Positions 1 to 7,635 of a DNA stretch of 38,638 nucleotides are shown here, piece after piece. The stretch comes from a virus. Within the stretch, counting starts at the first letter, position 1; each line of letters opens with the position of its first letter. The stretch lies in UHGV virus genome UHGV-0037385; one strand, written 5' to 3'. Under the pieces are notes generated by a model, which was given only the letters and a program-made list of their open reading frames with translations, was not told the DNA's origin and did no database searches. Position numbers and translations under genes: made by a program.

Positions 1-88
1 GTATCTCTTCGGAGTTACTAAAGCACATTGGCGTGTGCTTCCCCAGTTGACCGTTCCTGTTGGCGCAGGAGCGGTTTCTTTTTTGGTA

Positions 89-718
89 TTAATTAAAAGA
101 AAGTCTGCGAACTTCATTTGCAGTATTGGTATTACATTTGATTTCCTTTTGAACTCTCGTTCCTGTTTCTGTAGATTCGAATACTAAAAATGCAACGGTA
201 TCTAATTCCTGCTGTTTTGTCGTAGTAGTTGTGTTGACTTTTGTTTTCTTTCCGAGGGATGCGCCGACGACGGCACCGACAGGTCCAGCAACTGCAGCAC
301 CAATTAGTGCGCTGCCAGCACGACCGTGAGTTTTATTATTTCCGGTTGTTTTGCTGATTAAATTGTATTGAGGACCATCCCAAATAAAATCAACCAGTTT
401 AAAGTGTCCAGCGCCTTCCTGAAAAGAATTTCCGAAATAGTATAAACCATTTCCATCTTTACGGAATTTTAAACCACCTATATTGTATTGTGTTTCAGCT
501 TTTTTTAAGGCTTTGATGCGATCGCGCTCAGCCTTTTCGGCTTGTCGCTTCTCCCAGTCAGCTAAATGTTCTTCTGGAGTCTTTTTGGCAGTGGCTTCAA
601 AGAAGCTGCGGTCGTCTTCAGTCAATGTAGAAATTTCATTATTTTCTATTTTTTGCCTTAAGTCAGCATATCTAGAAGCGTTATCCCAGCTTCCTTTTAA
701 TTTGTCTAAAAAACCCAT
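89..718 (-). CDS. Hypothetical protein with a C-terminal glycine-zipper segment (GSALIGAAVAGPVGAVVGASLG). Accessory moron between the integrase and the repressor module, possibly superinfection exclusion.
   Basis: 209-aa ORF with ATG at 718 and a GAGAGGG Shine-Dalgarno about 10 nt upstream. A charged, coiled N-terminal region is followed by a Gly/Ala zipper typical of membrane-inserting segments. It sits between int and immA/immR, where lysogenic-conversion genes usually lie. No family recognised. Confidence 0.5.
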   Translation of the reverse strand: MGFLDKLKGSWDNASRYADLRQKIENNEISTLTEDDRSFFEATAKKTPEEHLADWEKRQAEKAERDRIKALKKAETQYNIGGLKFRKDGNGLYYFGNSFQEGAGHFKLVDFIWDGPQYNLISKTTGNNKTHGRAGSALIGAAVAGPVGAVVGASLGKKTKVNTTTTTKQQELDTVAFLVFESTETGTRVQKEIKCNTNTANEVRRLSFN

Positions 719-803
719 GTTTTTTTATCCCTCTCTTTCTTTTGCGAGACCTGTTCCTTACGAGCCACCACTGCTCGTATATATAATCCCTTGTGAGGTT
801 ATA

Positions 804-1268
804 TCACATCATTTCAACTACTACCAGATTCGGAATGAAGTATATAATATAGTTATCAACGGTAGTATATACTCCATACTTATCACGGTAGCAGCTGATA
901 CATTCTTCTAGATATTCTTCTGTAACATCCAGAAAGTCTGCAATTTCATATTTATTTTGACATCCAGCATTGAATGCGTGGATGATTCCAACAAGTCCGA
1001 TCAGGCGGTTGTAGCCGTGCAACCGGGCTTGACGTTCCTGTTTCCGGTTCTGTACGGAATTTATATCTATAATATCACCAACGGATGTGTGGTGATGTCC
1101 AAGTTCTTCAGCCAGTGTACAGGCTTTTTGAACTGTATTCATATTTTTTCTGATTGCGACAGTACCGTCACAATACAATCCTTTTATTCGATCGCTGTGA
1201 AATGTATAATCTATAACATCTATACCGTCCCCGCAGGCTTCGTCTTGTAAACATTCGTATGTGTTCAT
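804..1268 (-). CDS. immA: ImmA/IrrE-family Zn-metallopeptidase, the anti-repressor protease partner of the XRE repressor.
   Basis: It carries the HEXXH-type motif LAEELGHHH and the conserved ImmA/IrrE core. It lies directly downstream of the XRE repressor on the same strand, as in the ICEBs1 ImmR/ImmA arrangement. The start was moved to ATG 1268 (MNTYEC...), which has a GGGAGGTG Shine-Dalgarno 7 nt upstream; the track start at 1286 is GTG. Confidence 0.8.
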   Translation of the reverse strand: MNTYECLQDEACGDGIDVIDYTFHSDRIKGLYCDGTVAIRKNMNTVQKACTLAEELGHHHTSVGDIIDINSVQNRKQERQARLHGYNRLIGLVGIIHAFNAGCQNKYEIADFLDVTEEYLEECISCYRDKYGVYTTVDNYIIYFIPNLVVVEMM

Positions 1269-1321
1269 ATGTATAGCACCTCCCACTACAGCATATCCGT
1301 TTATCTATTCAATAAAACGTT

Positions 1322-1630
1322 TTATTTTCTTCTGCTCTTTACAAATGCAGCGAAGTTTTTGATTTCTTCCATTTCAGACTCAGTGTATTCTTCACCGTCA
1401 AAGTGGGCGGCGAGAGTAGTTGGCTCAGCTTCAAGTCCGAGTAGCATATCGGCAGAAACATTTAATTCAGACGCTATTTTTTTAATCGTATCTACATTTG
1501 GTTTGCGTTTTCCACTTTCATATAAAGAATATGTTGATTTTGCAACACCTATATTTTCTGAAAGATCTTTCTGAGATAGCCCAGATTTTAGTCTTGCTTC
1601 TTTTAAATTTTCATTGAAGTGCTCACCCAT
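1322..1630 (-). CDS. XRE-family helix-turn-helix transcriptional repressor (CI/ImmR-like) with a short acidic C-terminal tail.
   Basis: The N-terminal HTH reads LKEARLKSGLSQKDLSENIGVAKSTYSLYESGKRKP. An AGGAGG Shine-Dalgarno lies 8 nt before ATG 1630. It is divergent from the cro-like gene and upstream of immA. Confidence 0.85.
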   Translation of the reverse strand: MGEHFNENLKEARLKSGLSQKDLSENIGVAKSTYSLYESGKRKPNVDTIKKIASELNVSADMLLGLEAEPTTLAAHFDGEEYTESEMEEIKNFAAFVKSRRK

Positions 1631-1715
1631 ATTTTAGTACCTCCTGTTAATTAAGATTATAGTTGCGTATTGAAAAAGTGTCAATAAAAAATTTTGCAAA
1701 ATGAAAAGAAAACTG

Positions 1716-1744
1716 TTGACAAGTTTGTGATAAGCAATTATAGT
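1716..1744 (+). promoter_or_regulatory. Sigma-70-type early rightward promoter, TTGACA-17 bp-TATAGT, running into TATAAT.
   Basis: TTGACA occupies 1716-1721 and TATAGT 1739-1744 with a 17-bp spacer. A perfect 12-bp palindrome ATTTTGCAAAAT at 1691-1702 just upstream is a candidate operator. Confidence 0.55.
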
Positions 1745-1775
1745 ATAATTAAAGTTTGTAAAATGCAAATTTGAA

Positions 1776-1989
1776 ATGCGGACTGCATTGGAGAGAGGTT
1801 GGCGGTTACTGGAACACTAAAGTTCCTTTTCAAGGTGGAATGCTAACGGAGTTTCTCCGAAACAACCAGTATAAGACAGAGCGACTATCTTATAACCGAG
1901 TTTTATCCACTTATCAGCTAATGTTTTGGAATAAGTAATTCGTTTTATAGTACCACCTCCTTTCATAGAGGCGATTTGCAGTCCGCATT
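1776..1989 (+). other. Structured region of about 215 nt in the 5' leader of the early operon, closed by a 13-bp perfect inverted repeat (AATGCGGACTGCA / TGCAGTCCGCATT).
   Basis: The two arms lie at 1776-1788 and 1977-1989. Internal hairpins are visible, including GGAAC-ACTAAA-GTTCC and AGGTGG...CCACCT. The region sits between the rightward promoter and the cro ribosome-binding site. A 49-aa minus-strand ORF (1817..1966) lies inside it but has a poor ribosome-binding site. Confidence 0.45.
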
Positions 1990-2019
1990 AATATTATAGC
2001 AGAAGGGAGTGAAAAAAAA

Positions 2020-2220
2020 TTGTTCAAAAATTTAGATGCCGAACAGGCAAGACATTCTTACACAAATCAGCGAATGGCAGATATGATTGGAATTTCGAGA
2101 GTATCTTATGAGAATAAGAAAAAAACGGGGAAATTCACTGCACTCGAAGCAAAGAAAATGTGCAAGATATTCAAAGTAAAATTTGATTACCTGTTTGAAA
2201 CAGAAGAGAAAGTGAGGTGA
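2020..2220 (+). CDS. Cro-like small HTH regulator of the XRE family.
   Basis: 66 aa with the HTH motif QRMADMIGISRVSYENKKK. It is the first gene of the rightward operon, divergent from the repressor. It uses a TTG start with a GGGAGTG Shine-Dalgarno upstream. Confidence 0.6.
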   Translation: MFKNLDAEQARHSYTNQRMADMIGISRVSYENKKKTGKFTALEAKKMCKIFKVKFDYLFETEEKVR

Positions 2221-2224
2221 GGAG

Positions 2225-2518
2225 ATGAAAAAAATACATATGTTTGAACTAAGAGACGGACATATCGCCCTGGATGGAATGGCAATCAATGGAATCCGAG
2301 AGTGCGAATTTTCCATAAAAGAAAATGACAGTCTTGCAGAACTGTCATTAAAGATGGATGTTCGAATATTTAATGATGAGTTTACTGCTCAATTCGATGG
2401 CGGAGCGGATAAAACCAGGAAGATTGGAAAATACAGTCGAAATCAGTTGAGGCCGAATTTCCTTCCAAATAGCAGACTTAGAAGTATTTTCGATAAATTG
2501 ATACCCAGCAAGAGATAA
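2225..2518 (+). CDS. Hypothetical early protein.
   Basis: A strong Shine-Dalgarno (GAGGTGAGGAG) sits immediately before ATG 2225. The last 57 codons or so overlap the convergent DUF2513-like ORF and look low-complexity, so the 3' end is uncertain. Confidence 0.4.
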   Translation: MKKIHMFELRDGHIALDGMAINGIRECEFSIKENDSLAELSLKMDVRIFNDEFTAQFDGGADKTRKIGKYSRNQLRPNFLPNSRLRSIFDKLIPSKR

Positions 2519-2749
2519 ATCCTTTATGCGTGGAAGTGGTTCATCAACGTATTTTCTACCAGCGATTAAGATTTCGGAATCCATTAATTGGCGTATCCAG
2601 TATAGTGTTTCATTCCTAGAATATTGAGAAAGTTTTGTTTCTGCCAATTCAATTGGGTAAATGGGAGGAATATCACCATATTCATCTGGAACAAGAGATT
2701 CTGAAACAGCAATTAAAATATCACGGATTAAATCAGGATTAAGTTTCAT
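2348..2749 (-). CDS. DUF2513 (YjcQ-like) family phage protein.
   Basis: The N-terminus MKLNPDLIRDILIAVSE resembles DUF2513 starts. An AAGGAGA Shine-Dalgarno lies 8 nt before ATG 2749. It is probably driven leftward from the repeated element at 2776-2810. The C-terminal 35 aa or so may be an over-extension. Confidence 0.5.
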   Translation of the reverse strand: MKLNPDLIRDILIAVSESLVPDEYGDIPPIYPIELAETKLSQYSRNETLYWIRQLMDSEILIAGRKYVDEPLPRIKDLSLAGYQFIENTSKSAIWKEIRPQLISTVFSNLPGFIRSAIELSSKLIIKYSNIHL

Positions 2750-2775
2750 ATCAAAGTCTCCTTTCTTTTTTACTC

Positions 2776-2810
2776 GGCATGGCAGTGCCTGTATCTAAAG
2801 TATAGGAGAA
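2776..2810. repeat. Copy 1 of a 33-35-bp repeated regulatory element, GGCATGGCAGTGCCTGT-N4-6-AGTATAGGAGAA.
   Basis: It is near-identical to 3933-3965. Both copies sit in divergent intergenic regions, between a leftward gene start and a rightward gene start. The reverse strand carries a TATACT -10 element with a TTGTAA or TTGCTA -35 element 17 bp upstream. Confidence 0.6.
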
Positions 2811-2851
2811 ATGAATAGCTATTACAAGAGAAAGAAGGGAAAGAAAGCGAG

Positions 2852-3079
2852 GTGAGGAATGTGAAACTAAGAAAAATAATTGGTTGGATACTGGTTTTTG
2901 TGCCATTACTTCTTGTGACTGTTGGCGAACGTTATTTTCCAACAGACATAAGTATTATGTTGATGCGGATATTGATGGCGCTTGGTTTATTAAGCATCAG
3001 TGTTGTAGGAACGTGCCTTGTATCAAATGAATTGCCGATAAGAATAATTGTCGAGAGGAACGAACAGGAGGATGAATAA
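2852..3079 (+). CDS. Small membrane protein with two predicted transmembrane helices.
   Basis: 75 aa, with the hydrophobic stretches IIGWILVFVPLLLVTV and ILMALGLLSISVVGTCLV. The start is GTG. Confidence 0.4.
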   Translation: MRNVKLRKIIGWILVFVPLLLVTVGERYFPTDISIMLMRILMALGLLSISVVGTCLVSNELPIRIIVERNEQEDE

Positions 3080-3083
3080 GAAA

Positions 3084-3587
3084 ATGAGATTTTGTAGCAC
3101 AGACGTTATCGAAAGAATCGGATACGACTTCTATTGCGATATCGCAAACAACATCGTCAAAGGAAGAAAAGCTACTGGGCTTACACAAAGAGAACTTGCT
3201 GAGAAAACTGGAATTAAAGAGCGTAGATTATCCGATATCGAGCTGGTAAGAATCAGAATCAATCAAGAAGATGTGAAAAAGCTATCTGATGCACTTGGGA
3301 TATCAATTGATTATCTGATTGATGCTGAAATAGAAGCTTCCGGAAAAGAATGCTTATATCTTGTTTGGACGGAGAACGTACCGGATATGAAGATCTACAT
3401 TCAAGCAACTAGCAAAAGAAGAGCTTTTCTGGATTTTGACAATAGGTTAAAAAGATGTGGTGTGAAATACAGTTCTCCGAGAGAAAGAATCTTCGTTAAG
3501 TTAGTTGGCGTTCCGGTAGAAAGTGAAGAGATTCGAGCAAAGTTTCCTTTAAGAACAGAGGAAGATGTTCCTTTGGAACCAGATTAG
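3084..3587 (+). CDS. XRE-family HTH protein with a C-terminal domain of about 100 aa of unknown function, a possible second regulator.
   Basis: The HTH reads GRKATGLTQRELAEKTGIKERRLSDIE. The start was moved to ATG 3084, which lies 12 nt after an AGGAGG at 3066-3071. The track starts at TTG 3048. Confidence 0.6.
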   Translation: MRFCSTDVIERIGYDFYCDIANNIVKGRKATGLTQRELAEKTGIKERRLSDIELVRIRINQEDVKKLSDALGISIDYLIDAEIEASGKECLYLVWTENVPDMKIYIQATSKRRAFLDFDNRLKRCGVKYSSPRERIFVKLVGVPVESEEIRAKFPLRTEEDVPLEPD

Positions 3588-3601
3588 GAGGTGACGGAAT
3601 A

Positions 3602-3760
3602 ATGGCTGAAGGGATATCAATCGTAGCAGTATCGATAGCCGCATTTTTAACGGCTATCAATCAGATATCCATAATTATTACAGCAAAGCAATTATGGCGG
3701 CAACAGCAGCAACTACAGCGGCAATTAGAGAAGCTACAGAAAGAATTGTCTGGACGATAA
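3602..3760 (+). CDS. Small hypothetical protein of 52 aa with an N-terminal hydrophobic helix and a Q-rich tail.
   Basis: A GGAGGTG Shine-Dalgarno lies 8 nt before ATG 3602, directly after the previous gene. It is below the length cut-off of the ORF track. It overlaps the 3' end of the convergent ORF 3678..3905. Confidence 0.3.
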   Translation: MAEGISIVAVSIAAFLTAINQISIIITAKQLWRQQQQLQRQLEKLQKELSGR

Positions 3761-3905
3761 AACGTTTTGTTTCTATCTGGGATTCTTTTTTAGAATCCGC
3801 TTGCATTTCCAAAAGCATATTATGAGTTTCCTTCAATAAGTTATCGCGCTCGCTTTGCTTATTGATTTCGTCAACCATTAGTTGGGCGTGCCAGTCGGAA
3901 TTCAT
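3678..3905 (-). CDS. Small tail-anchored membrane protein with a coiled-coil N-terminus and a C-terminal transmembrane helix.
   Basis: An AGGAGG Shine-Dalgarno lies 8 nt before ATG 3905. The C-terminus reads TILSVASLIAAVVAAVAAIIALL. A leftward promoter-like TTGCTA-17-TATACT sits inside repeat copy 2 upstream. Confidence 0.5.
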   Translation of the reverse strand: MNSDWHAQLMVDEINKQSERDNLLKETHNMLLEMQADSKKESQIETKRFIVQTILSVASLIAAVVAAVAAIIALL

Positions 3906-3932
3906 ATAATATCGCCTCCTTAATTTATATTT

Positions 3933-3965
3933 GGCATGGCAGTGCCTGTTTAGAGTATAGGAGAA
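3933..3965. repeat. Copy 2 of the repeated regulatory element GGCATGGCAGTGCCTGT-TTAG-AGTATAGGAGAA.
   Basis: See copy 1. It lies in the divergent region between the gene at 3678..3905 (-) and the gene at 3997..4236 (+). Confidence 0.6.
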
Positions 3966-3996
3966 GAAATAGAAAATAGCAAGAGAGGAGAACGCA

Positions 3997-4236
3997 ATGA
4001 AGAGAAGTATAAATCACAAGAGATACAGTGGATATCCAGAAGAATTAAGCCTATTGAAAGGGTTTAAGGTTGTTGGAGTCGGATGTGGAGATATCGACAA
4101 AGAGGGTGCAACAAGCATCATGCTGATGAACGATCACAATGTTGCTGTCGATTTGAACATCACAGATGAAGGAACATACATCAGCGAGTTCTACGCACTG
4201 ACAGAGGACCTGATCCCACGTACTTATGATGACTAG
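3997..4236 (+). CDS. Hypothetical protein.
   Basis: 79 aa, with an AGAGGAG Shine-Dalgarno before ATG 3997. Confidence 0.45.
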   Translation: MKRSINHKRYSGYPEELSLLKGFKVVGVGCGDIDKEGATSIMLMNDHNVAVDLNITDEGTYISEFYALTEDLIPRTYDD

Positions 4237-4250
4237 AGAGGTGAGAAGAG

Positions 4251-4499
4251 ATGCCAAAATTAAAAATATCTGACAGGGAAAGGCAGAACAGAATACTTCT
4301 TGCAATCATTGAGTCAGGAAAGACCATGACAGCTATTGATACTCAGAAGCTTTCAAAACTGACCGGTATCCCGCCGAGCACTCTGTATCAAAGATTAAGT
4401 CAGCCGGATAATATCCGAATCAGTGAATTAAGAGAAATCCTAAGGGTACTCAAAATCACTGATGAGGAAAAGGCGAAGATTGGTAGGGAAGTGATATGA
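4251..4499 (+). CDS. Small HTH-like DNA-binding protein, a phage early regulator possibly of the DUF739 type.
   Basis: 82 aa. The HTH-like segment reads TQKLSKLTGIPPSTLYQRL. The Shine-Dalgarno before ATG 4251 is GAGGTGAGAAGAG. Confidence 0.45.
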   Translation: MPKLKISDRERQNRILLAIIESGKTMTAIDTQKLSKLTGIPPSTLYQRLSQPDNIRISELREILRVLKITDEEKAKIGREVI

Positions 4500-4642
4500 G
4501 AGATTGTAGTTACTGCAAAAAGAGAAACAGATGCATGGAAAGAAGCAGATGTATTCCGTGTGCATCATTTAAGAAAGAAGGCGAGAAAAATGAACCAGAT
4601 CGATATGATCGACATCCAAAGAAGAGCAATCCAGATAGTTGA
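4496..4642 (+). CDS. Cys-rich mini-protein of 48 aa, a possible Zn ribbon.
   Basis: It has an ATGA start/stop overlap with the previous gene and a GGGAAGTG Shine-Dalgarno. The sequence is CSYCKKRNRCMERSRCIPC. It is below the track cut-off and overlaps 4590..4772 in another frame. Confidence 0.25.
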   Translation: MRDCSYCKKRNRCMERSRCIPCASFKKEGEKNEPDRYDRHPKKSNPDS

Positions 4643-4772
4643 TATCAAGAGACAGCCAAGAAGAATTGAGCATGATGACAGAGAAGAAACAACGTCAGCG
4701 GTTATGACAGTAGTTGCGATGGGATTGGTAATCTTCTTAAGTATCGCAACATGGGTTATCTTCGGATATTAA
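4590..4772 (+). CDS. Small membrane protein of 60 aa with a C-terminal transmembrane helix.
   Basis: An internal ATG at 4590 with a GAAGG Shine-Dalgarno 9 nt upstream was preferred to the track start at GTG 4560. The C-terminus reads VMTVVAMGLVIFLSIATWVIFGY. Confidence 0.35.
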   Translation: MNQIDMIDIQRRAIQIVDIKRQPRRIEHDDREETTSAVMTVVAMGLVIFLSIATWVIFGY

Positions 4773-5056
4773 AAAAGAGTGCCCAGAAAAGGCGGCAACC
4801 TTCGGACACTCGGAAATTAGTCAATTACATTATAAGAAAAGAAAGGAAATTAGTCAAACGATTGAAGCAACAAGAATAAAAACAAACGATAAGGATGGTT
4901 GTCAGGTAGAAGCAAGTGGAAGTATTGGTGATCTTATGATGGAGTATAAAGCAATAACGGAAGCTCTCTTCAAAACGGTCAGTAGAGAGGCTGGATTAGG
5001 ACTCGCAGAGGAACTCTTTATGAACGCAATAAGAATGACAATTGAGGGAGAGAAGA

Positions 5057-5716
5057 ATGAACGATCCGTTTGAAGTATTTGATTTTAAGGACGAAAAGGA
5101 CTGGTTAAGTGGAAGAATGAACGGCATCGGTGGAAGCGATGCGAGCGCAGTGGTCGGGATGAATCCTTACAAGAGCAACATCAATCTGTTTGAAGAGAAG
5201 ACTGGAAGAAGAATTCCGGAAGATATTTCTGGAAAAGCCTGTGTGATCTATGGAAAATACGCAGAAGGACCAATCAGGGAATTGTTTAAGCTGGATTATC
5301 CGGAATATGTGGTAGAGCATCATGAGTTCAGGATCCTGCGAAGCATCCGATATCCATTTATGCAGGCGTCACTGGATGGGGAGCTGACTGATCAGGACGG
5401 CAGACGAGGAATTCTTGAGATCAAGACAACCAATATTCTGCAGAGTATGCAGAAAGAAAAGTGGAGAGACCGGATTCCGGATAATTATTACATACAAGTT
5501 CTGCATTACCTGCTGGTTACAGGATATGAGTTCGTTGAATTGTGTGCCCATCTGAGAACAGAATGGGTCGGAGAGAAGCGAACGACAGTGAAACATTATC
5601 ACATAGAAAGAGCAGAGGTTCAGGATGATCTGGACATGCTGCTAAGAGAAGAACAGAAATTCTGGAATTATGTAGAGAGTGGCAGGAAGCCACCGCTCAT
5701 ACTTCCAGAGATATAA
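5057..5716 (+). CDS. YqaJ-like viral recombinase-domain exonuclease, a lambda Exo / PD-(D/E)XK family 5'-3' exonuclease.
   Basis: The N-terminal pattern W..GR..GIGGSDA.AV.G.NPY.S is characteristic of YqaJ. It is immediately upstream of the DUF1351-RecT pair. The start was moved to ATG 5057, which has a GAGGGAGAGAAG Shine-Dalgarno. Confidence 0.75.
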   Translation: MNDPFEVFDFKDEKDWLSGRMNGIGGSDASAVVGMNPYKSNINLFEEKTGRRIPEDISGKACVIYGKYAEGPIRELFKLDYPEYVVEHHEFRILRSIRYPFMQASLDGELTDQDGRRGILEIKTTNILQSMQKEKWRDRIPDNYYIQVLHYLLVTGYEFVELCAHLRTEWVGEKRTTVKHYHIERAEVQDDLDMLLREEQKFWNYVESGRKPPLILPEI

Positions 5717-5733
5717 ATACAAGGAGGAATAAA

Positions 5734-6609
5734 ATGGAATTAAGAATTACTAATCCGGAAGAAAATGGATTTTTGAAAGAAATCCAGTGGAACCAAGAGG
5801 AAGTCAAATCATGGGTTGCTGCAAGAGTGCAGGATTATAAGACAATCGCATATACTGCAGATCAGGCGAAAGACATGAAGAGAGATCGTGCAGATCTTAA
5901 TAAGTTAAAAGCTGCATTCGAAGACGAGAGAAAGCGTCTGAAGAAAGTGTGTATGGAACCGTATAACCGGTTTGAACAGCAGGTGAAAGAAATCACAGCA
6001 CTGATTGATGAACCAATCCAGTTAATTGATTCTCAGCTGTCTGAAATCGAAGAAAGACGCAAGCAGCTGAAACAGAAAGAGATAGAAGAACTTTTTGAAA
6101 CAATCGGATTTCAGGACTTCATTACACTGGAAAGAATCATGGATCCGAAGTGGCTGAATGCAACGGTATCTCTTAGCAAGATTGAAGAGCAGATGAAGAA
6201 CTTGCTGTTTAGAGTCGGTACAGAAGTTTCTACGATCAATAGTCTCCCGGAGTTTAGCTTTGAAGCACTGGAGAATTACAAGAAGACGCTTGACTTAAAT
6301 ATGGCCATTGCAGAAGGAAAGAGACTTGCAGACATTCAGAAGCGGAAACAGCAGTATGAAGAAGAACAGAAACGTATTGCTGAAGAAAAAGCAAGACAGG
6401 AAGCAGAAAAACTTACAGCTAAACAGCAGGAAGGTGATGTGACAGTCAAAGAAGCTACACCGGTTAATGAGACTGTTATTGTAAGAGAAGAGCCAGTTGC
6501 TGCAGACCTGATCCAGTTAGACTTCCGTGTATTCGGAACAAGAGAGCAGATCATGGCATTACGTAACTATATGATTGAGAATCAGATTAAATTTGGAAAG
6601 GTGGAATAA
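5734..6609 (+). CDS. Phage protein, DUF1351-like, commonly found between exo and recT.
   Basis: 291 aa with a coiled-coil centre. An AGGAGGA Shine-Dalgarno precedes it. The call rests on synteny with recT modules of Firmicutes siphophages. Confidence 0.55.
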   Translation: MELRITNPEENGFLKEIQWNQEEVKSWVAARVQDYKTIAYTADQAKDMKRDRADLNKLKAAFEDERKRLKKVCMEPYNRFEQQVKEITALIDEPIQLIDSQLSEIEERRKQLKQKEIEELFETIGFQDFITLERIMDPKWLNATVSLSKIEEQMKNLLFRVGTEVSTINSLPEFSFEALENYKKTLDLNMAIAEGKRLADIQKRKQQYEEEQKRIAEEKARQEAEKLTAKQQEGDVTVKEATPVNETVIVREEPVAADLIQLDFRVFGTREQIMALRNYMIENQIKFGKVE

Positions 6610-6612
6610 AAG

Positions 6613-7527
6613 ATGGCAGTACAGAACAGTTTAGCAAACAGACAGACGAAAACAGGAATGGCTGCATACCTGACGCAGGATGCAGTAAAGAAACAGATCA
6701 ACAGTGTGGTTGGTGGAAAGAATGGGACAAGATTCATTTCCAGTATCGTATCAGCAGTTCAGACAACACCAGCTCTGCAGGAGTGTACAAATCCAAGCAT
6801 CCTGTCAGCAGCATTACTCGGAGAAGCATTGAACCTTTCCCCATCTCCTCAGCTTGGCCAGTTCTATATGGTCCCGTTCGATAACAAAAAGAAGGGACGC
6901 AAGGAAGCGCAGTTTCAGCTTGGCTACAAGGGATATATTCAGTTGGCAGAACGTTCCGGATACTACAAGAAATTAAATGTTCTTGCAATCAAGGAAGGGG
7001 AACTGATTCAGTATGATCCTCTGAATGAAGAAATCGAGGTGGAACTGATTGATGATGATGTGGTTCGCGAAGAGACTCCGGCAATGGGATATTATGCTAT
7101 GTTTGAGTATGAGAATGGGTTCCGCAAGACCATGTACTGGTCCAAGAAGAAAATGCTTGCACATGCGGAGAAGTATTCCCAGGCATTTAAGAGAAATGGT
7201 GGAGCAAAGTCCTTGGAGCTTCTGGAACAGGGAAAGATTCCGGAAAAGGAACTTTGGAAATATTCTTCCTTCTGGTTTAAAGATTTTGATGGAATGGCGA
7301 TGAAGACCATGCTCCGCCAGTTGATCAGTAAATGGGGAATCATGAGCATTGATCTGCAGAATGCCATCGATAAGGATATGGCAGTGATCCATGAGGATGG
7401 AACTACAGAGTATGTAGATAATCAGCAGGAACAGGACAATGTTGTTGCTGATCAGGAGCTGCAGGAGGTAAAAGAGAACAAAAAGGAACAGCCGGCAGGA
7501 AGTATTGAAGAGGAGTTCTTCCAATAG
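6613..7527 (+). CDS. recT: RecT-family single-strand annealing recombinase.
   Basis: It has the RecT core (LGYKGYIQLAERSGYYKKLNVLAIKEG... MGYYAMFEYENGF) and an acidic C-terminal tail. It follows the exonuclease. Confidence 0.8.
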   Translation: MAVQNSLANRQTKTGMAAYLTQDAVKKQINSVVGGKNGTRFISSIVSAVQTTPALQECTNPSILSAALLGEALNLSPSPQLGQFYMVPFDNKKKGRKEAQFQLGYKGYIQLAERSGYYKKLNVLAIKEGELIQYDPLNEEIEVELIDDDVVREETPAMGYYAMFEYENGFRKTMYWSKKKMLAHAEKYSQAFKRNGGAKSLELLEQGKIPEKELWKYSSFWFKDFDGMAMKTMLRQLISKWGIMSIDLQNAIDKDMAVIHEDGTTEYVDNQQEQDNVVADQELQEVKENKKEQPAGSIEEEFFQ

Positions 7528-7635
7528 AAAATAGTTATTTCCTTATAAATTGAACATATGTCACACACGTAACTTATAAACAATGTTTCTCCTGTACTGG
7601 ATACGCTGGTCCGGTACAGGAAGAAAGGGGAAGGA

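Noticed and set aside
483-1250. Plus-strand ORFs 483..911 and 957..1250.
   Set aside because: They are antisense to the moron and immA genes. They have no ribosome-binding sites and their Cys/Phe/Ser-rich composition looks spurious.
1817-1966. 49-aa minus-strand ORF inside the structured leader region.
   Set aside because: It is kept only as an alternative explanation. Its ribosome-binding site is poor and it lies in the repressor/cro intergenic region. The inverted-repeat-bounded RNA structure is the more economical reading, but the ORF is not excluded.
2751-2942. 63-aa minus-strand ORF spanning the repeated regulatory element.
   Set aside because: It has no ribosome-binding site, covers the divergent promoter region and the start of a plus-strand gene, and its sequence looks non-protein-like.
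7528-7635. Imperfect 10-bp hairpin (CCTGTACTGG...CCGGTACAGG) between recT and rusA, as a possible terminator.
   Set aside because: No T-run follows on either strand. It is more likely a weak structured spacer or an internal promoter region, with insufficient evidence.
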